From positions 563,786 to 627,785 of the forward strand of contig JAPPCR010000006.1 of NCBI GenBank assembly GCA_028875725.1: a stretch of 64,000 bases of DNA, given 5' to 3'. The translations under genes were made by a program, and so were the position numbers. The notes beneath the pieces are model-generated. The model made no database searches. It saw only the letters and a program-made list of their open reading frames with translations, and was not told the origin of the DNA. Shown piece by piece: positions 27,323 through 37,777 of this stretch. Every line of letters starts with the position of its first letter. The first letter of the stretch is position 1. This DNA is from Acidobacteriota bacterium (GTDB taxonomy: Bacteria; Acidobacteriota; Thermoanaerobaculia; Multivoradales; Multivoraceae).

Positions 27323-29367
27323 TCTGCTTTTCGCCTGATCTCGATCAAGGGGACGACGAGCTCTTCAAGAGAGACGCCGCCGTGCCCGACGATCCGGTCG
27401 CCTTTGTGCGCAAAGGCGGATCTGCCAGGCGCCAAGAGAGCGTGACAGTCGGTTGGAAGACCGGGCCCCGGCCACGCGACGGCGTCTGGGAACTGCTCAA
27501 GCACGCGGTTTCGCAGAGTCGTATCTGAGTAGACGCGCGCACGCTTCCCCCGCGTGCTGACAAGCGCTCCCTCAGAGGGCCGGCCGTAGCCTCGCGCCTC
27601 GACGTTGCCATGGTCCGACGTCAGAAACACGGCGAAACCAGCCTCGAGGAGCGACTCCACGATGGCCACGGGCTGGCCTTCCTCGGCCCACTGCCGGACC
27701 TGGTTGTGCATGCCGGCGACGCCCAGTTCCATGCCGTGCATGATGTCGTCTACCTTGTTGAGGACGACGCCGAGTACTCGCAGTCCACGCACGGAAGCGC
27801 GATCCCGCAACTCGTCGACGCTGTCGCAGGTGCCGCCCTTCAGATACTCGACTTCGTGCTCGCTCAGGCCATGTTCGGCCCAGAACCCATGCCACAGCGA
27901 AGGTTCCTTCTCGGTCGTGTGGATGCTCGACTCGAAGTAGAACGGCGGTGTGCCGGCAAAGATGGACTGGCGTGACACCGACGTGATGGTAGGCGCCCAG
28001 GCGAAGAGTGCATCTGACCGGAAACCGAGTGTTGGGCGTTGGTCACCAAGAACGTCGCGGAGCACGAGCCATTGGTCCAACGCCAGGCCGTCGACCACGA
28101 CCAGGGCGATCCTCCGTTCGGTCGCGTCTTCGAGCCGCCGGGCGAGATAGCGTGGCAGGTGATGGACCATCACCGGAGGGTCGGGCGGTAGGTTGTGCAG
28201 CCCAGCGTAGCGGCTCTCGACCCAGCCGCGAAATGCCTCATCCACCCGGCGACGGAGGCTGGTCAGGCGACCGCTCAACTGCTGGCGAGCCGGGGCTAGG
28301 GTGGACCACCACAGGACGCCCAGTTCCGCCCACAGCCAAGCGAACGACAGCCATTCCGGGTGTCTTACACCGGACTGAGGCACGACGCGATCGACGTGCC
28401 CCAGCAGCTTCTCAAGCCGGCGCAAGCGATCTACTTCGAGGTCGCTGCGGATTCCAACGGAGACCCAATCGCCGTGCCGGCCCAGTTCCGGCGCGTGGGG
28501 AACAGGGACGAGTTTCCCTTCAAGGAACAGGTTGTCGATGTACACCCGGACATCGGCGTGATCGAACGGCAGGTGGAGTGGTCCGTTCAGGATCAGCGGA
28601 CGCTCCGCCTTGATCTGCCCATCTTCACCCGCGCTGCCGTCTAGGAAGACAGGCCAGCGCTCTTGCAAGAAGGCGAAGAAGGCCTCTCGCTCCGGGACGA
28701 TGGTCTCAAGTGGCCACGACGCGAACGCTTCGTTCCGTCGGAGCACCGCGACTAGTCGTTCATCCAGTGGCCGCGGCAGCCGGATCTCGCGGTAGTGCCG
28801 CCGCAACAGAATCTGCAGGAGGTCGGCCGGGCTCTTGATCTCAGTAGCCCGAACGCCGAAGACGTGCTGGAGTACAAAGTCCTTCGTAGCCTTCTCGCCA
28901 AGTGCCTTAGGCCTGCGTTCCCTTTGTGCGTCATCAACCGCGTTCAGGTCGGCTGTGTCCAGTGTTGCGAGTACCGCACAACTGAGTTCGGGGAACAGCT
29001 CGGAGAGGCCGAAGCGCAAGGGTCTTCCAACCTGCAAGAGATCGTAGGGGATGGAGGCGAGATCGTCGTGGTCGAAACGTAGGAGTAGTTCCGCGTTCGC
29101 GCCTTCGGCATTGCCCGAGACGCGGGGGTGGCGGGATCGCATCTCGTGGGCAAGGCGGAACGCCACCGGATCCTCGAAAGTGAAGAACTGAAAGCCCCTG
29201 CGCCGGACCTCTTCGAGCACCTCTTCGTCGAGCAACAAGTCGTCCGGGTCGGCGGCCAGCGTTACCGACGCGACTCCCGGCGCTAGGTCCTCCAGGATCC
29301 TCTCACGCCAACTAGCCATCGGGACCACCGTTTCCTCGTGCAGCCGCGAGGTCACGGAACGTGCCAA
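27319..29367 (-). CDS. pglZ: BREX alkaline-phosphatase-superfamily protein PglZ
   Basis: 682 aa. C-terminal PglZ-type motifs (FLTSDHGNVEARG...GHGGVSLEELVVP). Confidence 0.7.
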   Translation of the reverse strand: MARSVTSRLHEETVVPMASWRERILEDLAPGVASVTLAADPDDLLLDEEVLEEVRRRGFQFFTFEDPVAFRLAHEMRSRHPRVSGNAEGANAELLLRFDHDDLASIPYDLLQVGRPLRFGLSELFPELSCAVLATLDTADLNAVDDAQRERRPKALGEKATKDFVLQHVFGVRATEIKSPADLLQILLRRHYREIRLPRPLDERLVAVLRRNEAFASWPLETIVPEREAFFAFLQERWPVFLDGSAGEDGQIKAERPLILNGPLHLPFDHADVRVYIDNLFLEGKLVPVPHAPELGRHGDWVSVGIRSDLEVDRLRRLEKLLGHVDRVVPQSGVRHPEWLSFAWLWAELGVLWWSTLAPARQQLSGRLTSLRRRVDEAFRGWVESRYAGLHNLPPDPPVMVHHLPRYLARRLEDATERRIALVVVDGLALDQWLVLRDVLGDQRPTLGFRSDALFAWAPTITSVSRQSIFAGTPPFYFESSIHTTEKEPSLWHGFWAEHGLSEHEVEYLKGGTCDSVDELRDRASVRGLRVLGVVLNKVDDIMHGMELGVAGMHNQVRQWAEEGQPVAIVESLLEAGFAVFLTSDHGNVEARGYGRPSEGALVSTRGKRARVYSDTTLRNRVLEQFPDAVAWPGPGLPTDCHALLAPGRSAFAHKGDRIVGHGGVSLEELVVPLIEIRRKAE

Positions 29368-29381
29368 GCGTCCTTGAAGCC

Positions 29382-31565
29382 TCAGAACGGGATGTCGTCA
29401 TCGGCTGGCTGCGTAGCTGCCGGCTGTTTCTCCGGCGCCTTCCGAGCGGTGCTACTCCCTTCCGTCATCCGTCTTGTGCCGGCCCACTCTTCGGCGATTG
29501 GCTTCCAATCGACGTCTCTTTGATCGCGTCCTGTCCACACTCCCCAGAACGCTGGGTCGGCCGAATCTGGGCGCTGGGTCTCGTGCAGTTCGTCAACCTC
29601 GACCAGTACTGGCGCCGATGCCGCCCAGCCAAGCAGAATCGCACGACGCGTCGGAAGGCTAGGGAGTTCCCGAAGCAATGTGCTCATTCCGTCGGGGACC
29701 ATTCGGCGCACCAAGTCTTGGTCCTGCCTGTTCACGATCCGGTGCAGCAGGAAAGTGCTGCACTGGGACAAAACTGTGGGAGACAGTTCGGATGGGCGCT
29801 GCGAACAAAGCACAAGCCCAAGACCGAGTTTCCTGCCTTCTCTGGCGATTCGGTCGAACACGCGCCCACAGGCGCGCTCGGCGCCGGTGGCCTCTTGGCC
29901 AGCCATAGCCCGATGCACGAATCTGTGAGCCTCCTCGAGGACGAGGACTGTTGGCAGGTCCCGTCGGTGATGGTGTCTGTATCTCTGATGGGCCTCAAAC
30001 GTGAGGCGAGCGAGAACTGCTACGACTATCTGGACGACATCGGATGGCACTAGAGAAAGGTCGATGATCGAGAGCTGGCCGTTGGCCCCGTCGTCTCCTA
30101 CTACATCGGCCAACCAATCGGAGAGTGCAATCTCCTCTCCGTCTGGTGGAAGTGCGATTGACGCCAGACGTCGTCGCCTTGTGAGGTCTCGAATACGGAG
30201 GTTCAGTGTGTCCACGAACTGGGCTATGTCTCGGCCTTGTGACTGCGCCGCCAATCCGTCGACGTAGTCAGGTAGCCTCTCAACTGGAAAGGGGCGCGGT
30301 TGGTCGTGGTCCCAAGCGGCTTTGTCGGTCGGTGGCTCAACCAAGTCGAGCACGTCGGCCAAGCGTTCCTCCACGTCTGCGATTCTGTTTGGCGCTAGGC
30401 TGCGGTGCCATTGCTTCCCCTTGGAGGGCAGCCCTTCACGCGCCTCCTGTTCGAGACGTGTCGCGGCTACTTGTACGGACTTCAGCGGTTCCCCCAGAGG
30501 CGAATGGCAACTCGTGGCTTCTCGGGAGAGTGCGCCGAATTCGTCTGCTGTGCTGGAGAGAAGATCTGCGACGTCCTCTTTTCCGCCTCCCTTTTCGTTC
30601 GGGCCTACCGCGACTGCGAGACGGAAGTCGCGCTCGTAGCGCCGTGCCACCCTGGCGACTCTTCTCGCCAAGGAGTTGGGAGGCTCAGCACCGGCTCGCA
30701 AGTGTCGGAGGGCTTTGAACAGCGTCGGGCGCTGGACACCAGGTGCCGCGGTCGTGAACGCGGCCCACTCTTCACCGTTCCAGAGCCAGGCAGGGACCTT
30801 GAGCTGTTGCGCTGCGTTGGTTGCTTTCTCAACCTGGAAGAGCCTCACGTCCAGGTCTGAGAAGGCGTGAGCGTACTCTCCGTGTGGGTCGAGGAGGATG
30901 AAGCGGGCGTTGGGAGGGCCTGCCCTTTCGTGTTGCTCCCGCGCGTTCGTCGCTTCGTTGATCGACTGTCGCAGCAGGCCGGCCACGGTACAGGACTTGC
31001 CGGAGCCCGTGTTTCCAAGCACTGCTAGGTGGCGTCCGAACAAACGGTCGGGGTCTACGTGCACGGGCGCATTGCCGGCGAGAGGTGCTTGGCCCAGAAG
31101 GACACGGCCCCGTGTCGCCGAGCGGTCGCCTTCAACGATTGCCTGAAGCTGTTCCCGGGTGGGCAAGAGGACTTGATCGCCGAGAACCGGGGCCGCGTCG
31201 ACACCACGGCGAAAGACGAGCGCGCAGCGGCCGTCCTGAAGTGTGCTTACGAGCGTTCCCAAGGGTACGAGTGATGCGATGCGTCGGGGAAAGGGAAGAT
31301 CCACGAATCCATGCGCTCGCGACTCGCCGGCCGGTGGGAATGGCGCAGGGCGGGCACGCACCGACGTGATCCAACCGACCGTTGAACCCACCTCGCTCGG
31401 AATCGTCAGGTAGGTGCTAATGCGAGGAAACGCAGTCGGCCGGCCGTTCGTGATCGCGGTCGCCAGCGGCGCCTCGGAGCTGATTGCTACCTCGATCTGG
31501 TTCGCCGACACCTCGTCGACGGTGCCAATTGCTCGGTCGCTTGGGTGTGAGCCGGAAGTCGTCAC
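29382..31565 (-). CDS. herA: HerA-like (FtsK/HerA superfamily, DUF87) ATPase of a SIR2-HerA defence module
   Basis: Walker A LAVLGNTGSGKSCTVAGLL. Walker B/LEEAH box VLVLEEAHRF. HerA signature GLGLVLCSQRPSEL. 4 bp overlap with the upstream SIR2 gene. Confidence 0.75.
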   Translation of the reverse strand: MTTSGSHPSDRAIGTVDEVSANQIEVAISSEAPLATAITNGRPTAFPRISTYLTIPSEVGSTVGWITSVRARPAPFPPAGESRAHGFVDLPFPRRIASLVPLGTLVSTLQDGRCALVFRRGVDAAPVLGDQVLLPTREQLQAIVEGDRSATRGRVLLGQAPLAGNAPVHVDPDRLFGRHLAVLGNTGSGKSCTVAGLLRQSINEATNAREQHERAGPPNARFILLDPHGEYAHAFSDLDVRLFQVEKATNAAQQLKVPAWLWNGEEWAAFTTAAPGVQRPTLFKALRHLRAGAEPPNSLARRVARVARRYERDFRLAVAVGPNEKGGGKEDVADLLSSTADEFGALSREATSCHSPLGEPLKSVQVAATRLEQEAREGLPSKGKQWHRSLAPNRIADVEERLADVLDLVEPPTDKAAWDHDQPRPFPVERLPDYVDGLAAQSQGRDIAQFVDTLNLRIRDLTRRRRLASIALPPDGEEIALSDWLADVVGDDGANGQLSIIDLSLVPSDVVQIVVAVLARLTFEAHQRYRHHHRRDLPTVLVLEEAHRFVHRAMAGQEATGAERACGRVFDRIAREGRKLGLGLVLCSQRPSELSPTVLSQCSTFLLHRIVNRQDQDLVRRMVPDGMSTLLRELPSLPTRRAILLGWAASAPVLVEVDELHETQRPDSADPAFWGVWTGRDQRDVDWKPIAEEWAGTRRMTEGSSTARKAPEKQPAATQPADDDIPF

Positions 31566-32908
31566 ACGTTTGCTACCTTGCCGTCGGGCTCCTCGTTCTG
31601 CCCGCCTCCTCCGACATGCGGGTCTGGTCGTGTACGCTTCAGGATTTCGGTCATGGTTCCGAGGTTGAAGTCGATGTAGGGCTTCGGCAAGTAGTGCTCG
31701 ACCAGCTCGAACAGGCTGCCAAAGTGCTCGCCGACCAGGATTGTGATCTGCTGCTCGCGCATGCTGGCCTTCACGAATCGCTCGGCCCGCCTGCCGGTGT
31801 CCTCGTAGGACAGGATCACGAGATGTGTCGACGGGATCGTGAGCATATCCCGGATCACCCGGTTCACGTGATCGTCACCGAAGCCGTAGCCGTAGGTGAC
31901 CAACACGGTGTCGGGTCGGCAGACCGCGGCTGCGAAGTCACGAAACAGGTCTGCGTAGGGATACTCCAACGTCTCCGTGTCCTTAGCGGCATTCGGGTAG
32001 ATCATCAAGCTGTTGGTTGCCCGTGAAGATACTTCGGAGTCAGTAGGTTCCGCGCCGAACGGAAGAGTGTGTTGGACGATCTCGGGGCCTCCTAGGTGAG
32101 TCTTGCGACTGTGCCAGTCGAGCGAGCCATGCAGCTTCGTGAGCCTCACGACGCCGTCGAGGTAGCGGGGCTCGCCGCGCAGCCCAGGGGGGTTGTAGTG
32201 CAGGTCGACAGCAGGGCGGGACGAGCGGAAGACTGGAGACAACCGTCCAACGAATCGATCGAGAACTCGGAGTCCCAGGAACTCGCAGCCGTACTCGATC
32301 AGTCTGTCGTAGTTCGTTGTAAAGATGTGCAGCCTTTCGCGAGAACCAGGGCGGTTACTGAAGGTCTGGAAGAAAGAGGATAGTAACCGTAGACCTTCTA
32401 CGTGGCCGTCCGCGAAGGCGTCCCGGATCTGACGCTCCGAGAGGAGTAGTGCATGCCAAAAGTCCTGCAGTGCGGTTTCGTACTCCCGCTCCCATGTGCG
32501 GAGCTGGGCCGAGGCGTCCTTGTCCCCGTGGAGTCCAAGAATGCGGAGCCCACTGACGAGCTCTGCAACGGCACGCATCTGGTCTTCAAAATTCGGTTTA
32601 CCGCGTGCCGAACGCTCGGCGGCATCTTCAGCGGCTTGCTGAATCGCACCCGCCATCTCGTGTCGAAACTCAACCATCCCCATATCCAGTGCTGCGACGT
32701 CCACTGCTGCGCCGACGGCCGTGGTCAGGCCACTACCTACGAGGAGGTTGACATGCTCGCCTTGGATCAGAGCAGAGAGCCAAGGCCGGATGTGGAGCTT
32801 CTGTTCTTCCGGATCAGGTGCCTCGTTCTTTGACCAGACATGGGTCCCGGCTCGAGCGTAGTGGGTGGGCCAGGCTGGAAGGCATGTGGCGTCGGCACTG
32901 CCGGTCAT
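31562..32908 (-). CDS. SIR2-family (SIR2_2) NAD+-binding/NADase effector of a SIR2-HerA defence module
   Basis: Motifs VNLLVGSGLT, IFTTNYDRLIE and KLHGSLDW are the hallmark SIR2_2 motifs shared with ThsA/DSR/SIR2-HerA defence proteins. 4 bp overlaps on both sides (pglXI upstream, herA downstream). Confidence 0.75.
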   Translation of the reverse strand: MTGSADATCLPAWPTHYARAGTHVWSKNEAPDPEEQKLHIRPWLSALIQGEHVNLLVGSGLTTAVGAAVDVAALDMGMVEFRHEMAGAIQQAAEDAAERSARGKPNFEDQMRAVAELVSGLRILGLHGDKDASAQLRTWEREYETALQDFWHALLLSERQIRDAFADGHVEGLRLLSSFFQTFSNRPGSRERLHIFTTNYDRLIEYGCEFLGLRVLDRFVGRLSPVFRSSRPAVDLHYNPPGLRGEPRYLDGVVRLTKLHGSLDWHSRKTHLGGPEIVQHTLPFGAEPTDSEVSSRATNSLMIYPNAAKDTETLEYPYADLFRDFAAAVCRPDTVLVTYGYGFGDDHVNRVIRDMLTIPSTHLVILSYEDTGRRAERFVKASMREQQITILVGEHFGSLFELVEHYLPKPYIDFNLGTMTEILKRTRPDPHVGGGGQNEEPDGKVANV

Positions 32909-35892
32909 GAGGCGGTCCGGGTCACGGCCTGGTCATACCAGAGTAGGAGCTTTTGGTCCTCCTGCAGGACTGTCGGAGGAAGTCTGTCAGCGACTCGGAT
33001 GATGGTGTCGTAGTCACCGTCTTGGTACGCGCGGAAGAAGCCAGCGCGGACGGCCTCAAGGCGGAAGAGCTTCAGGCGGCGCTGGGGTGCAGCGACGTAC
33101 TCCTTGAACTCGCGGAGGAGGAGACCGTTGCGGCGCTTCTCTACGTCAGCAGCTTTCTTCGGGTCGGGTACGTACCAGCGACCGGCGCCCTTCGCTTTCA
33201 GAGCAGGGTGGTCTTTAGGGAGTTTGCGAAGGTCCTTGTAGTTCGTCGAGAGATAGGAGTGGATCTGGCTGGGGACATCACCCGAGCCGCCGTAGAGGAG
33301 GAAGTTCTGGTCTAGCATGTCAGATAGTTCGGGTAGCTTCTCGTGCTTCAGTTGACTCCGCAGTTCGCGCAGGAAGGCTGGGTGGAGATCCTGAAAACTC
33401 TGAGGTTTGTGGAGCAGTTGCTGTCTCAGCCATTGGATCGTCGTCGCCTCGTCGCGGACGAAGATCTCCAACTGGGCCACCTCGCTGGCTGCCATTCTCT
33501 TCCGGTCGTACTCCGTGACCTGGTCGGGAAGGAAGACCATGCCGTCGCGTTCGGGGTAGCGCTGGCTGACGCCGACCAGGAACTCGCCCACGGACAGGGG
33601 CACGGCGACCTCGCGAAGGACATGGAAGGCGACCATGCGGTCGAAGAGGATATGAGGCTGCCGCTCGTGGACAATCTCGGTCCGGCCGTCCTTGGCCACG
33701 AAAACTGGAAGTTGCTTCAAGTGTGTGCGTAGGAAGTCCCAGGCGGCGTCCTCAGTGCCTTTGGTCAGCTCGAAGCGCCCTTCCAGGCCGTCGTTTGGCT
33801 TGTAGGCTGAGATGATGAGGTCCTGTTTGACGGCTGTGCTCGTTACCTGTTTGAACGATCCCTGGCTCTTGTCCATAGTCCGCACGTCGGCGACGACAAA
33901 ACCTGCCGCGAGCAGCCCTTCCTGAATCGCCGTCCAGACCGCGTTGCTGGAGTTATGGAAGACTACAGTAATCCAGCGACCTGGCTTGAGGACACGTCTG
34001 TACTCCTCGAACGCTCGTTGCATCAGGCGCTGGTACGTGGGTAGGCCCTTAGCTCTGACGCGATCGACAATTGCCTCTGGCGCCGCATTTGTCAGCACAC
34101 CGTGCCAGGATTCGATTAGGAAGTTCAGGTCAGCGTAGTAGATGTTCTCGCCGAAAGGGGGGTCGGTGAAGATGTAGTCTACGGAACCGTCGGGGACGCT
34201 AAGGGCCGCCGCCGTTCCCGCCGTCACGATACATGGGGCTCGTCCTTTGTCGTTGGCAGAAAACGCCTTGGCAAGCCGGGACAGCTTGTTGCCGAGGTTG
34301 TATCTGGGTGACACTTCTGCGATCTGGGAGCCTACGTAGTACACGCCGGACAACTGCCGATTGACTTGCGAACCGCCGAGCCGGCCGTGTTGGACCGGCT
34401 GGTAGCGATTGAGAAGGGACATCCCCCAGACGGCCTGCTCGACGAAGTAGAGCAGCATGTGTCGGACTCGTGGGTCCGAGTAGGAGCTGGCACGTCGCCA
34501 AAGAGCGGTCAAAGCGTGTGCGGCCCTTGGGAGGTAGAGGTGGTGTATGGCGGTTGTCTTCGTTGTTGCCATCCGCCCGACCCGAGTCATCTGGCATTCG
34601 GGAAGCGAATTGACTGGGAAGGCAGCCGGCAGCGGCATGGATGCGATCCGCTCGAGCAGGGCGGTGTCCGCTGATGTCGGGGTCTTTTCGTACCGTTCTC
34701 CGCCCACTCGATAGTGAATCAGGGCAGGTACACGTTTCGGACGTTGTCGCACCTCCCCGGTCGCAGGATCGACGTAGTTGTCCAGGCGGAGTTCCATGTT
34801 CTCCTTGCGGGCGACGGCACTGCACTGGGGACAGGCGATGGTCGGGTCGGTACGGCCTGTGGTCCTGTCTAGAGCTTCCAGCACGAAGACGAGTTCGGCG
34901 CCGCAGTTCAAGCAGCCGAAGACCTCGCTCCAGACCGTGTAGCTGATTCGCCCCTTCGTCCGCTCGTCCGTGTGCAGTGTCTCGTACATCCAGCCCAGTT
35001 CCGCATCGACCTCGTCGAGCAGTTTGCGACCAGCCTCGGCGAATTCGTCCACCTCGATGGGCAGCGTGTAGTTCGCCGCGATGAAGCCTGCGAGCGGGGA
35101 TAGGTCGTTCAGGATGGCCCGGCGAGCGCCCCATTTTGGCTTCCCCAGGCCCTGCTCCGCCCACGTCGCTTCGAGACGCTGGCGGTAGCTCTTCGGTGCC
35201 GACTCGCACCATTGAGCCGCGACGCCGGTCATCCCGGAGCCGGAGAAGCCGTCGAGAACGAGATCGCCTGGTTCGGTGTAGTGGAGCAGGGAAGGGAGGA
35301 TCGCTAGATGGGGCACCTTCGTGTGGTAGCCATGCGCTCGGTAGACGGCGTGTGTCTTCCCTTCCTTGACGTCGACGGCGAAGGGTGTGCGGCGGTATGG
35401 CTCGTCAGGGTCGTAGGGCTTACCGTACGTTGCTACGAACTCGTCCAGAAAGGGATTCGGGCAGGCGGTGTGCAAGGGCGGGTCGGACAGATTCAGGATG
35501 TCCTCGATTTCGCCTTCGGGGAAGCCGACCTCGTCCTTCCAGCGCTGGAGCAGGCCCTTGGTGCGATCCGCCGAGCGCATCCGTTCGACGAGCGTGCGGA
35601 GTTGCGCTTGGCTGCCCATGGGCCAATGCCGAATGGCCGAGAGCCGAGCCACGGCGTGCTCGGCACCGTCCCAGGGAACACCGTCGAGCCGAGTGTGGAG
35701 TTCCTCCAGCCCCTTTCTCAGCCTGCCCAGAAAGTGCTCCCGGCGTTCGTCGTCGCTCTCGAAGGTCAGCCCCAGGCATTCGACCGGGCCGTCGTTGGAG
35801 CCGTTCGTTGAGGAGGCCTTGTACAGCTTGTCTTGTGTGGGCGGCTCGGCGCGGCCACCGCGCACAGCGCCCGTCCACATGTCATTGGGCAT
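32905..35892 (-). CDS. pglXI: BREX type 3 adenine-specific DNA methyltransferase PglXI (DUF1156 N-terminus plus N6_N4 beta-class MTase)
   Basis: 995 aa. SAM-binding motif LVLDGFSGSGMTGVAA. Catalytic DPPF motif DYIFTDPPFGENIYYADLN. Confidence 0.65.
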   Translation of the reverse strand: MPNDMWTGAVRGGRAEPPTQDKLYKASSTNGSNDGPVECLGLTFESDDERREHFLGRLRKGLEELHTRLDGVPWDGAEHAVARLSAIRHWPMGSQAQLRTLVERMRSADRTKGLLQRWKDEVGFPEGEIEDILNLSDPPLHTACPNPFLDEFVATYGKPYDPDEPYRRTPFAVDVKEGKTHAVYRAHGYHTKVPHLAILPSLLHYTEPGDLVLDGFSGSGMTGVAAQWCESAPKSYRQRLEATWAEQGLGKPKWGARRAILNDLSPLAGFIAANYTLPIEVDEFAEAGRKLLDEVDAELGWMYETLHTDERTKGRISYTVWSEVFGCLNCGAELVFVLEALDRTTGRTDPTIACPQCSAVARKENMELRLDNYVDPATGEVRQRPKRVPALIHYRVGGERYEKTPTSADTALLERIASMPLPAAFPVNSLPECQMTRVGRMATTKTTAIHHLYLPRAAHALTALWRRASSYSDPRVRHMLLYFVEQAVWGMSLLNRYQPVQHGRLGGSQVNRQLSGVYYVGSQIAEVSPRYNLGNKLSRLAKAFSANDKGRAPCIVTAGTAAALSVPDGSVDYIFTDPPFGENIYYADLNFLIESWHGVLTNAAPEAIVDRVRAKGLPTYQRLMQRAFEEYRRVLKPGRWITVVFHNSSNAVWTAIQEGLLAAGFVVADVRTMDKSQGSFKQVTSTAVKQDLIISAYKPNDGLEGRFELTKGTEDAAWDFLRTHLKQLPVFVAKDGRTEIVHERQPHILFDRMVAFHVLREVAVPLSVGEFLVGVSQRYPERDGMVFLPDQVTEYDRKRMAASEVAQLEIFVRDEATTIQWLRQQLLHKPQSFQDLHPAFLRELRSQLKHEKLPELSDMLDQNFLLYGGSGDVPSQIHSYLSTNYKDLRKLPKDHPALKAKGAGRWYVPDPKKAADVEKRRNGLLLREFKEYVAAPQRRLKLFRLEAVRAGFFRAYQDGDYDTIIRVADRLPPTVLQEDQKLLLWYDQAVTRTAS

Positions 35893-37771
35893 CGGGGCGC
35901 TCTCCTTGGGTCGTTGCTGCGCTCTTGGCAGAGGCGCTCAGACGACGGGCCTTGATCGCGATGCCAGCCGGAGTGAGCACATAGGCTTGACGCGGATGGT
36001 GAGGCTGATCCGGATGAGTCATCTGGAGAACCCCCGTGTGCAGCAGGGGGTCCAGATGCTGCGCCTTGAAGTAGCCCCGGTTCTTCATTCTCACTGCCGA
36101 CATCAGCTCGGCCAGACGGCGGGGCGTATCGCAGAGCCGGATGATCCGATCCTGAACGGCCGTTAGCTCCGCCAAACCTGGACCTTGTGCAGTGGACAAG
36201 TTCGCCGTTGGCTGGCCGGGTTGTGCAGTGGACAAGTCTCCGGGCGGTGGTGCGGAGGGAGCGTCCGAGGACCGGAAAGCTCCGGCACGACCTAGTTCGC
36301 CAAGCTGCTCCTCAAGGTGAGCGGCCGGGACGAACAAGGGAGCCTCGGAGCCTTCAAGCGGCGAGATCAGCGCCTGAGCCGTCAGCCTGTTGAGGACGGC
36401 CATGACGTCGCCACCGGAGAGACCCGTCACGGCCCGAACATCGCCAAGTCGCAGACGTCCTTCGCGGCAGGCGAACGCGAACGCCCTGGATTCCGGGTCG
36501 CTCAAGCGAACCCCCAAGCTCGCTTGAAGGAGGAGTTGCCGTTCAGAGACGAGCTCCTCCTTGAGGAGAGTGATCTCGAAGGTCTTCTCGACCCTGTCGC
36601 TGGCGATGACAGGCGGCACGTGACCGAGCTGCCGCTGGTGGCCGAAGATGGCGCGAAGCCCTGAACCTGCCTGCTCACTCAGACCGATGCGACGGAAGGC
36701 CGTGACTATCCTCGGGTTGCGGACTGCCGTCCCTTGCGGTTCCAGGAGGGCCTCCGCCGAGACGAAAGCGTCTCCGGGGTTCCACAGCGACGTGCGGTCG
36801 TCATACGAGTGGATCTCCGCCTTGCGCGAGTGGTCGGCATAGTCCTGATGTATCAGCAGGTTGATCGCCGCCTCGCGGAACGCCGCGTAGTCCGGGGGAC
36901 GATCGGCTCGTTGCAGCGTCTCCGGGTGGAGAGCGAAGGGGACCTCTGCGCGTTGCAGATAGCGATTGTGAAGTACCTTCCACGCTTCTATGAGGTTCGA
37001 CTCGATGACGAGTCGGTCCGTCCATCGCTGGTCGTCGAAGCCGTCGGGCCAGTCACCGCGGTGCCACTGCCAGTCGACAACCGGTCGCGGCAGGAGTTGG
37101 TGGAAGGCCGACGGGCTACCGAACAACAGGACCGCCGCACGGGTTGGTAGGAGGCGGTCGCCCTTCTCGACTATGAGGCCCCATTCAAGAAGGAAGTCCG
37201 TGTCTGACCATTCCGGGTCATGGCTCAGGTTCCGATCTTCAAGGAGACGTCGGTACCAGCGGACGGACGAGGCGTCGAAGCACCGTTCGGGGTCGAGGTC
37301 CACCGCGACGCTGTCATAGGTGACGTCTGCGGCGTCGCGGAGCAACCGTTCGATCTCGGCTGGTGTACACCTTTCGTCGGCCGCCCCGCGGCGGAGAAAC
37401 GAGAGCTTGATGTCTCCATTCAGATAGACAGGTTTGTCCTGTCTCTGGGCTTCTGGAATGTAGAAGACGATCAGCGCCTTGCCTTCATCCTCTAGGAGCT
37501 GACCTTCGGCTTCGATGGCTCGGTTGAACTTCTGACCGGAGCGCAGAACTGTGAGGAAGTCGTTCTGCACTCTGTCGACTTCGATGACACCGACGACCTC
37601 AAGGTCGCCGTCTTTGTCGCGGACGCCGAACACGAGCCGGCCGCCTTGCGTGTTCGCAAACGCGGAGACGGTTGTGTAGGCCTCTCCTGGAACGCCACGT
37701 TGGGCGGCCTTGAACTCCAGATCTTCCCACTCGTAGCCCTTGATACGCCGGATGAGTTCTTCCCTGTTCAT
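35882..37771 (-). CDS. AlbA_2 (Schlafen-like) plus HATPase_c_4 divergent-AAA protein with C-terminal wHTH, inserted in the BREX operon
   Basis: N-terminus EDLEFKAAQRGVPGEAYTTVSAFANTQGGRLVFGV is the AlbA_2 signature. Family often mis-annotated as RecG-like. Sits between brxC and pglXI with a 6 bp gap and 11 bp overlap. Confidence 0.55.
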   Translation of the reverse strand: MNREELIRRIKGYEWEDLEFKAAQRGVPGEAYTTVSAFANTQGGRLVFGVRDKDGDLEVVGVIEVDRVQNDFLTVLRSGQKFNRAIEAEGQLLEDEGKALIVFYIPEAQRQDKPVYLNGDIKLSFLRRGAADERCTPAEIERLLRDAADVTYDSVAVDLDPERCFDASSVRWYRRLLEDRNLSHDPEWSDTDFLLEWGLIVEKGDRLLPTRAAVLLFGSPSAFHQLLPRPVVDWQWHRGDWPDGFDDQRWTDRLVIESNLIEAWKVLHNRYLQRAEVPFALHPETLQRADRPPDYAAFREAAINLLIHQDYADHSRKAEIHSYDDRTSLWNPGDAFVSAEALLEPQGTAVRNPRIVTAFRRIGLSEQAGSGLRAIFGHQRQLGHVPPVIASDRVEKTFEITLLKEELVSERQLLLQASLGVRLSDPESRAFAFACREGRLRLGDVRAVTGLSGGDVMAVLNRLTAQALISPLEGSEAPLFVPAAHLEEQLGELGRAGAFRSSDAPSAPPPGDLSTAQPGQPTANLSTAQGPGLAELTAVQDRIIRLCDTPRRLAELMSAVRMKNRGYFKAQHLDPLLHTGVLQMTHPDQPHHPRQAYVLTPAGIAIKARRLSASAKSAATTQGERPDAQ

Positions 37772-37777
37772 GAGAAG

